A stretch of DNA of 51,402 nucleotides. Source: a virus. Its lineage: Duplodnaviria; Caudoviricetes. Positions 1 to 6,717 of the stretch are shown piece by piece; position 1 is the first letter of the stretch; each line of letters opens with the position of its first letter. The position numbers and the translations under genes were made by a program. Where the stretch lies: the IMG/VR virus record IMGVR_UViG_3300012096_000008, positions 1 to 51,402 of that record; one strand, written 5' to 3'. The notes under the pieces were generated by a model that worked only from the letters and a program-made list of their open reading frames with translations, had not been told where the DNA came from and did no database searches.

Positions 1-353
1 AAGATGAAAGAATTGGCCTCGATTATCTCTCCACCCGACTCGAAATGATGGTTAAAGAACTAGACTTTGCTTTAATCATAGTGAGTCATGTCAATGACGA
101 AGGACTTACACGCGGAAGTAGAATCATCTCTAAGATTGCTGATATCCGCATTGATCTATTCAGAGATATTACAGCCACAGATCCTATCACTCGGCGTATC
201 ACAAAGCTCGTGGTCTCTAAGAATAGATTTTGTGGTAGAACAGGACCGGCAGGTGAGTTACTCTTTGATCCTGCAACCTACACTCTAACGGAGGATATGG
301 GCTATGCCATACCGGCTAACGATAACCGCAGAATTGAACAATTGGTGTCTTGA
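1..353 (+). CDS. C-terminal part of T7 gp4-like primase/helicase (continues from window end)
   Basis: DnaB-family motifs LIIVSHV, RGS and KNRFCGRTG. The frame reads DERIGLDYLSTRLEMMVK from nt 3, overlapping the peptide encoded at the window end. Confidence 0.92.
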   Translation, partial: DERIGLDYLSTRLEMMVKELDFALIIVSHVNDEGLTRGSRIISKIADIRIDLFRDITATDPITRRITKLVVSKNRFCGRTGPAGELLFDPATYTLTEDMGYAIPANDNRRIEQLVS

Positions 354-558
354 TGCTGAAAACAATAGTATTGTTGGTGTTATCCATAATAGTAATGATT
401 CAACTCTTCCCGATGGTTTACATTATTATATTCTAAACTTTAGGAGTATGACCCATTATCCCGCATTCAAAATCGATACCTTAGACCAAGAAGAACACTG
501 GCTAGTTTTAACCGCAGCTGGTCGTTACTTCGTATTATACAAGAGTCAAATGCAATGA
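304..558 (+). CDS. hypothetical protein
   Basis: 84-aa ORF filling the gap between helicase and UNG, with an ATGA overlap onto the UNG start. Confidence 0.6.
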   Translation: MPYRLTITAELNNWCLDAENNSIVGVIHNSNDSTLPDGLHYYILNFRSMTHYPAFKIDTLDQEEHWLVLTAAGRYFVLYKSQMQ

Positions 559-1364
559 TTTATCCGTGGAAATTAAACTACTGGCAATCTGGTGAATGGC
601 AGGTAGTAAATGAACGTCTCAAAGATATGGAGAAGGCTAATGTGGCTTTCAACCCCACGCGAAATAGCTTGTTCCGAGCTCTTCGAACAACATCGCTTGA
701 GGAAACGAGAGTTGCTATCTTTGGCCAAGACCCCTACCCAGATGGAAAATATGCGACAGGACTTGCTTTCTCTACCCCCGGTGAAATACAACGAGATGAT
801 TTCCCTCCTACCCTCAGCACCATCCTTAAAGAATACGTCTCTGATCTCGGATATCCCAATCCTAGTCACGGTTCACTTCTACGATGGGCGGAGCAAGGCG
901 TGCTTCTTTGGAATGTCATCCCTAGTTGCAAAGCAGGTAAATCACTATCTCACGACTGGAATGAATATTCCTATCTCACCAAAGAAATCACGCAGAAGCT
1001 TTCGGAAAAAGGGATCGTCTTCTGCTTCCTCGGAGCTGTTGCCAAAAGATATTTGGAAGAAGTAGACTTAACTAAGAATGAGGTAATCTTAACCTCACAT
1101 CCATCCCCTAGGGGTATCAAGTTCGGTAAGAATCCGTTCGAAGGATCAAGGCTGTTCTCAACAATCAATGATAAACTAGTCTCTCAAGGCTTAGATCCAA
1201 TAGATTGGAAACTCCCAGATGTTCCAGATCGACCAGACCAAAGTAATCCGAAGGTTCTCAACAAACCTAATCGTATATGGAACAGTAACCGACATCTATC
1301 TTGGAACCAAGGGAATACGGTTAATGGAGTGCACCACCCCGGAAGGTTGGAAGTTCATGAGTGA
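555..1364 (+). CDS. ung: family-1 uracil-DNA glycosylase
   Basis: Motifs GQDPYP, GLAFS, WAEQGVLLWN, SHPSP, and PF.GS..FS.IN..L...G..PIDW. Confidence 0.95.
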   Translation: MIYPWKLNYWQSGEWQVVNERLKDMEKANVAFNPTRNSLFRALRTTSLEETRVAIFGQDPYPDGKYATGLAFSTPGEIQRDDFPPTLSTILKEYVSDLGYPNPSHGSLLRWAEQGVLLWNVIPSCKAGKSLSHDWNEYSYLTKEITQKLSEKGIVFCFLGAVAKRYLEEVDLTKNEVILTSHPSPRGIKFGKNPFEGSRLFSTINDKLVSQGLDPIDWKLPDVPDRPDQSNPKVLNKPNRIWNSNRHLSWNQGNTVNGVHHPGRLEVHE

Positions 1365-1413
1365 GGCTAAGCACTTGGAGATCGTCAATGCCAAGGAAAC
1401 AAAATCCTCTTAG
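1219..1413 (+). CDS. small hypothetical protein overlapping the UNG tail
   Basis: 64-aa ORF starting just after the conserved UNG end (PIDW), with globular beta-rich composition. Confidence 0.5.
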   Translation: MFQIDQTKVIRRFSTNLIVYGTVTDIYLGTKGIRLMECTTPEGWKFMSEAKHLEIVNAKETKSS

Positions 1414-1584
1414 ATAGCAAATATTAAAGCAAAACATCCCCTATTCTTCTGGAAAACCAAGAAGAGATATATCAAGTAAATAGAGAATATTTGTGGTAAC
1501 AAATATACATTATTATACGTATTAAAATTGTTCGGTAAATTTTGGGGGCAGTACACCAATAGCGATTTCTAATAGGAGCGAGAT

Positions 1585-1845
1585 ATGGGAAGTTCATTCA
1601 AATCCGATAAAGAAGCTCAGAAAAAATGGGCTGACGCCGAAGAGAAACGTGTTACTTCTGAACGTATGGAGTTGGCTGCTAAGATCATCTTGGCTGTGGT
1701 AGATAAAATTTCTAATGATATAATTCGTCCCGGACCTAAGCCAGAAGAACGCGAATGTTATATCATGGCTCAAGAACTTCGAAATCATAGTTCGGAACTT
1801 CAAGAATTAGTTTCAAATATTCTTGAGGTAGAAGAGAAGAATTAA
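1585..1845 (+). CDS. hypothetical protein
   Basis: AGGAG RBS upstream of an 86-aa helical ORF. Confidence 0.75.
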   Translation: MGSSFKSDKEAQKKWADAEEKRVTSERMELAAKIILAVVDKISNDIIRPGPKPEERECYIMAQELRNHSSELQELVSNILEVEEKN

Positions 1846-1875
1846 TACGTATTTTCTTGTAAATGAACTCTCCCC

Positions 1876-1908
1876 GGTACCCCAGTACCCGGAAACAATT
1901 TAAACGCA
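1876..1908. repeat. dispersed intergenic motif, inverted copy of 42585-42617
   Basis: The reverse complement matches 42585-42617 at 25/33 nt. GCCTTCCTAG occurs at 1915-1924 and at 42644-42653. Confidence 0.7.
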
Positions 1909-1957
1909 CCACGGGCCTTCCTAGGGCCGTACAGACCCTATCTAGAACAGGTGGAGC

Positions 1958-2287
1958 ATGCTCAAACTAGTGGTTGATAACAAACCGGAAGAGGAAGAAC
2001 TACCTCAGCCACTGCTCAAGCCTGATTGGATGGGACCGAAGGATGGAGACTGGCTGAGCAAGATGAAATGTGGTACTGAGTTCTTAGTCAGAGCTAAGAC
2101 TGGTGAAGCACCACGTTGGTTGTTGCATGAGTTCACACATGGTGGTAAGATACATGGTAATGTATTGATCTGTCCTACTTCTACCTTGAATGATCCGAGG
2201 ACTTGGAAGTGGGTTGATCCTCTAGAGTTTTGTAAGTCATTTGAACTGAGGGGTATACTGGAAGAACCGAAGGATGACGATAATTAA
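1958..2287 (+). CDS. hypothetical protein (N-terminal LKLVVDN motif)
   Basis: GGTGGAG RBS and a 109-aa ORF. Confidence 0.75.
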   Translation: MLKLVVDNKPEEEELPQPLLKPDWMGPKDGDWLSKMKCGTEFLVRAKTGEAPRWLLHEFTHGGKIHGNVLICPTSTLNDPRTWKWVDPLEFCKSFELRGILEEPKDDDN

Positions 2288-2438
2288 TATACCTGAACAA
2301 GGTACATTCTGGACTATGAATACGTTAAAGAAATCTATAGCACATATGCAGAAGAAGAATACTGAAGGACAATATGACATTGCTATATTAAAAGAACAAA
2401 ATATACTTAGGTCCTTCTTTGAGACCATAGCAGCATGA
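2274..2438 (+). CDS. small hypothetical protein (54 aa, ends ETIAA)
   Basis: Translated by hand (MTIINIPEQG...FFETIAA). It overlaps the previous stop and fills the gap. Confidence 0.55.
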   Translation: MTIINIPEQGTFWTMNTLKKSIAHMQKKNTEGQYDIAILKEQNILRSFFETIAA

Positions 2439-2447
2439 GGAGCCTAC

Positions 2448-2594
2448 ATGGATATGATTAAGGAAACCATCATTGTGGTGGCAGCTTTCGTTGTCATCGT
2501 TGGTGGTGCCATCTACATCAGTACCCATATGTCCGCGGGTTGTGTGGACTTATTTTTCTACAAGAGTTGTGGCATCGTTACTCACCCGAACTAA
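2448..2594 (+). CDS. small membrane protein (48 aa)
   Basis: GAGGAG RBS, and MDMIKETIIVVAAFVVIVGGAIYIS forms one hydrophobic helix. Confidence 0.65.
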   Translation: MDMIKETIIVVAAFVVIVGGAIYISTHMSAGCVDLFFYKSCGIVTHPN

Positions 2595-2603
2595 CACAGA
2601 GAT

Positions 2604-2637
2604 AACCGACGAGGGTTCCTCTCTCCCCTCGTCGGTT
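2604..2637 (+). promoter_or_regulatory. 12-bp stem-loop with CU-rich loop upstream of DNA polymerase
   Basis: AACCGACGAGGG-ttcctctctc-CCCTCGTCGGTT is a perfect inverted repeat. Confidence 0.6.
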
Positions 2638-2653
2638 TACTTTAGGAATACTA

Positions 2654-4588
2654 TTGAACGTAGTCATTGACATAGAATGTAATTCCTTAAACAATCCTAG
2701 CCAGATATGGTTGATTGTATGTAAGGATATAGATACTAATGAATACTATATATTTAGGAATGTACTAGATGAACCAGAACGATTTATTTCTTTCGCTGCT
2801 AGCGTCAAACAATTTATTGGACATAATTATCTTGGTTATGATAAGCCTGTTTTGGAGAGACTTCTACAGATGGAGTTATGTCAGCAGTCCATCGACACGC
2901 TTATTTTATCTAAACTAATAGACTACCCAAGACAAGGACATAGCATTGAGGCTTATGGATTAGAGTTCGGTGAACCTAAGATAAAGTTCAACGATTGGAC
3001 TAAATGGTCTCAAGAGATGGAGGACTACTGTGTCAGGGATGTTGATATATGCCATCGCATATACCTTAAGTTTAGAAGGTATATTACTGATGTTAATCAT
3101 CAGCCAAGCATTCAGCTTGAACAAAGATTCCAACTGGTCGTCAATCTACTTCACGATGTTGGCTTTGCTTTCAATTCTAGTAAGGCATCTAGTCTTCTCC
3201 GACGGATTGAAGACGAGCTTGCAGTTCTCGACAAATCTATACTAGAAGCCTTCCCCCCTAGGTTGAAGTTGATCAGAGAAGTAATGCCGAAGGAGACTAA
3301 GTATGGTACTATTAGCCTTACTTCCATTCCTAAAGAAATGCGTAAAGATATCTCTGATCTCAGTATCAATGCTCCTTTTTGTTACTGTACTTGGTCTGAC
3401 TTCAATCCTAGCTCTCATAAACAAATTATCACTATACTTAATGAAGCTGGCTGGAGACCTATAGAAAAGACTGGCACTCACATAGAGACTGAGAGGGAGC
3501 TAAGCAGATTAAAGTATACTAAAAGAAATACTGAGGTTGACTTAAAACTAAAAGAATTATATATTAAGTTAGAATTAATGAAGAAGGCTGGATGGAAGGT
3601 CAACGAGGCTAACCTCGATACCTTACCAGCAACAGCCCCTCCCCCTGCACGCTTTCTCGCGAAGCGTATCCTGCTTGAGTCCAGACGTCGTACCCTCACT
3701 GAATGGTTATCCCTAGCTCAGCCCGATAACCGTATTCACGGAAAATTCTACGGCATCGGTGCCTGGACTCATCGTATGGCACACCAATCCCCCAATACTG
3801 CAAACATACCTCTTGAGTTTGATGCCAACGGTAAGAAGAAATTATATGGTAAAGAACTCAGAGCATTGTGGTGCGCACCTAAGAACCGATTACTAGTCGG
3901 CGTGGATGCAGAAGGTATCCAGTTGCGCATCTTTGCCCATTACATTGATGATCCAGAGTTTACCCAAGCCCTAGTCAATGGAAAGAAGGAGGACGGCAGT
4001 GATCCACATTCGCTCAACCGAAGAATTCTTGGCTCAGTTTGTAGGACCAGGCAATCAGCCAAACGCTTTGTGTACGCTCTCCTTCTCGGAGCCGGTAATT
4101 CTAAACTCGCTGAGATATTGGAATGTTCCCTACCAGAAGCAGAACTGGCTCTTGACAATCTTCTTACACGATACCAAGGTTTTGCTTATCTCAAAGAGAA
4201 TGTTATACCGAAGGATGCTAGACGAGGCTGGTTTGTCGGCCTCGATGGGCGTAAGGTTACAATCCCAGGAGATACCTACGGGATGCGCAGGCATCTATGT
4301 ATGTCTGGGTACCTACAGAATGGTGAAGCTGTCGTAATGAAGTCAGCCACTCTCAAATGGCACGATAAACTTAATGACTTCGGCGCTCAGTTAGTCAATC
4401 TAGTTCACGATGAATGGCAAACTGAGTGTCCGAACAACATGGAGATAGCACTAAGTATAGCAAGGATGCAATCAGATAGCCTACGTATAGTAGGAGAGGA
4501 ATTAAAACTTAAGTGTCCTCTAGCAGGTTCCTATGGAAATAATTTAGAGGATTACACTATTGCTACTAATTGGAGTAAAACACATTGA
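2654..4588 (+). CDS. polA: T7-like family A DNA polymerase with 3'-5' exonuclease
   Basis: ExoI DIE, ExoII HNYLGYD, ExoIII YCVRDV; motif A DAEGIQLR, motif B RQSAKRFVYALLLG, motif C VHDE. TTG start after AGGA. Confidence 0.97.
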   Translation: MNVVIDIECNSLNNPSQIWLIVCKDIDTNEYYIFRNVLDEPERFISFAASVKQFIGHNYLGYDKPVLERLLQMELCQQSIDTLILSKLIDYPRQGHSIEAYGLEFGEPKIKFNDWTKWSQEMEDYCVRDVDICHRIYLKFRRYITDVNHQPSIQLEQRFQLVVNLLHDVGFAFNSSKASSLLRRIEDELAVLDKSILEAFPPRLKLIREVMPKETKYGTISLTSIPKEMRKDISDLSINAPFCYCTWSDFNPSSHKQIITILNEAGWRPIEKTGTHIETERELSRLKYTKRNTEVDLKLKELYIKLELMKKAGWKVNEANLDTLPATAPPPARFLAKRILLESRRRTLTEWLSLAQPDNRIHGKFYGIGAWTHRMAHQSPNTANIPLEFDANGKKKLYGKELRALWCAPKNRLLVGVDAEGIQLRIFAHYIDDPEFTQALVNGKKEDGSDPHSLNRRILGSVCRTRQSAKRFVYALLLGAGNSKLAEILECSLPEAELALDNLLTRYQGFAYLKENVIPKDARRGWFVGLDGRKVTIPGDTYGMRRHLCMSGYLQNGEAVVMKSATLKWHDKLNDFGAQLVNLVHDEWQTECPNNMEIALSIARMQSDSLRIVGEELKLKCPLAGSYGNNLEDYTIATNWSKTH

Positions 4589-4725
4589 ATACTGAAGCAA
4601 TTGATGAACTCATTCAGTACTTAGATACTGAAATTAAAATGGATCATAAGTATGATCTAGATAGAACTGAGATCGATTTGATTATTGATGCTTTAACATT
4701 CTACAAGGAGATGCAAGTAATATAA
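4585..4725 (+). CDS. small acidic hypothetical protein (46 aa)
   Basis: TTG start overlaps the pol stop (TTGA), and its TAA overlaps the SSB ATG (TAATG). Confidence 0.45.
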   Translation: MNTEAIDELIQYLDTEIKMDHKYDLDRTEIDLIIDALTFYKEMQVI

Positions 4726-5213
4726 TGGTTAAGGGTAAAACAGAATTTAAATATGTACAAGGTAAGGTAGCTTGGTTTAGACCGGATGTTCCTAATAAAT
4801 GGAATAGATACTCTTGCCAATTGCATCCTGATACTAAGAGCTTGGAAACAATTCGGGAGTTACAAGCACAGGGTTTAAAGAATAACTTAAAGAAAGATGA
4901 AGATGGATACTTCATTAACTTCACCAGACCTATAGCTAAGACATTCACATCTGGCAAGACTATAGCCTTCGGTCCAGTAGAAGTGTTTGATAAAGAAGGT
5001 GTTCCTTTTCATGGAGCTGTAGGTAATGGCTCTGATGTTACTTTGAAACTTGAAATCTACTCCTTCGAGTTTGAAGGAGTCAAAGGCATCGGCGCTCGTT
5101 GGGTTAGTGCTCGGATAGATAACTTAGTACCTTTCAGTTCTGATACAGATATGACTGAGAAAGAGTCAGAGGCTGCTTCAGGATTACTAGACAGACCAGA
5201 GCAGTGGAGTTAA
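4725..5213 (+). CDS. ssDNA-binding protein (T7 gp2.5-like)
   Basis: Position after pol, G...W..PD and VGNGS.V motifs, and an acidic C-terminal tail with a near-terminal aromatic residue. Confidence 0.75.
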   Translation: MVKGKTEFKYVQGKVAWFRPDVPNKWNRYSCQLHPDTKSLETIRELQAQGLKNNLKKDEDGYFINFTRPIAKTFTSGKTIAFGPVEVFDKEGVPFHGAVGNGSDVTLKLEIYSFEFEGVKGIGARWVSARIDNLVPFSSDTDMTEKESEAASGLLDRPEQWS

Positions 5214-5762
5214 TCTGCTGCTCAGCGGTGCAGTGGCGCGCCAGCGAAGAACTGCACCCTGCTCCCCGTTAGGGAGAGCCTGTGGGATGCGCCTCCGCGA
5301 CAGGCAGAAACATATGCAGTGTGAACCCTTATCGCTCAGCGGACACCCCACCCTCCGCACCACCTTCAGGAAGTGGGCTGCAGTGGCCGCCTTGTATAGC
5401 TAGGCGGGAATCCTAAGCGTTATCCGAGTTCCCCAAGCGTCTGGCTGAGTATCCAGAGGAGGTGACTCCAAAACTTCTGCTCGCAATAACCGTGTAAGAC
5501 TGGTGTGACTCCAGTTCAGGTCTACTATCTATTAGTGGTTAAAATGCCTGACCTAGAAGTGGGAAACGGTGAGCAAAATAGCATGGTACTACTCTGAGCG
5601 CACCAACATGGGGTCTCATTAACCTCGAATTGTTGGAGATCAAATAGATGTCGCGCATGCTAGGGTCGGTAGTGACCGACGCTATAACCTCTATAGAGGG
5701 CGCGTATGAGGGTAAAGGTCTTGGCAACCTAAGGATTTGGAAAGCCTAATGATCTGAAGCGG

Positions 5763-5846
5763 TATGAGGTGGCGGAATAAAGGAAATCTTCTCTTAACCA
5801 ACTCTTGTTGGTGACACCGGTTGGTTCGATCCCAACCCTCCGAGCA
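5763..5846 (+). pseudogene. degenerate tRNA-like element (long variable-arm type)
   Basis: 5' GAGG-TGGCGGAAT, hairpin CCAAC-tctt-GTTGG, T-arm GTTGG-TTCGATC-CCAAC, then CCTC able to pair with GAGG. D-stem and anticodon stem are not intact. Confidence 0.35.
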
Positions 5847-5971
5847 CTAGGCGGAGACTGGCGACTAGAGCGTTGAGCCCAAAGGAAGCTAAGTGCTGGT
5901 TCGATCCCAGCTGATCTGAAGGTAGAACAGAGCTTCTGATTACTTTGACGTAGTAGCTATGAAAGATTTCT

Positions 5972-6027
5972 GAGGTACGCAGTGGATTGCAACCCCACCT
6001 ATGCTGGTTCGAGTCCAGCCCGATTAT
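5972..6027 (+). pseudogene. 3' two-thirds of a tRNA-Cys(GCA)-like sequence
   Basis: GGTACGCA, anticodon arm GTGGA-TTGCAAC-CCCAC, CTAT, then T-arm GCTGG-TTCGAGT-CCAGC. No adjacent 5' acceptor strand. Confidence 0.55.
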
Positions 6028-6717
6028 CGTAATGTAGTAGGATCATGATAAAAGCGAGACCCGAACCGGGAACACCATCGGAGATTGGTGTAGCGTTAAT
6101 CCTAAGTGTTCACCCCTCAACTACACTGACGGAACTGTTTCCACTGTTAGAGCAAGCTGCATAACTTGAACTCAGCCCAGACTACCCTGTGGAGCTGGTC
6201 GCGTAGAAGCAGCATCTAGAGTACTGCACAGCGGACACCGTTAACCTCCGTGCCTTCGGGTAGTATGTGCGAAGAGCGGAAGCCATAGATGTGGATCGGC
6301 GGCTGTTAACCGTAGGATCATATAGACTGCCTACATTGGCAGGGATGCGATTGGCGCGTAAAGATCACCGTGAGCCTGCATCAAGCAACAGACTACTATG
6401 ACTAGGCGCAACGCTAAACTGAATCAATTAAGCATGCGCTGAATGGGTAGCTAAGACGCCTCTCACTGTTCCTTACATGAATGGGGTGAGCCGCAAGCCG
6501 GTCTAGCAAGTCCATGTAAATTCCTATTGCTTGATTTCACCTTGCGTGAAATCAGCATCGAAGACAGACCCATGATGGCCATCTGTCTCTACAAGACGTA
6601 GGAGGTGCCGATGCGTGACTTTCACCAAAGTGCCCAGCCTCCTTAATATTCAAGAAGAAGGGTAACGGAGTGGGCCTTGTTAGAGCCCACTCCTGAACCA
6701 CGGAAGGAGTAACTACC

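Larger units (their letters stand above)
5214..6700 (+). ncRNA. putative large structured ncRNA or ncRNA cluster with tRNA-like modules
   Basis: No credible ORF in 1.5 kb, visibly GC-richer than its flanks, and continuous hairpins including three GGTTCGA T-arms, a GNRA and a UUCG tetraloop. Confidence 0.65.

Noticed and set aside
5763-6027. Functional canonical tRNA genes
   Set aside because: T-arms are perfect, but no element has a complete acceptor stem, D-arm and anticodon arm in register. Reported as tRNA-like fragments instead.
5214-6700. tmRNA, RNase P RNA, group I intron, or hammerhead/pistol/twister/HDV ribozyme
   Set aside because: No ANDN tag frame, no GAGGAAAGUCC and no CUGANGA..GAAA core. 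CCTAAGCGTT (pistol-like), GCCGGTC..AAGTCC (twister-like) and CAGACTA (P7-like) words lack the required surrounding helices by eye. A cmscan is needed to exclude them formally.
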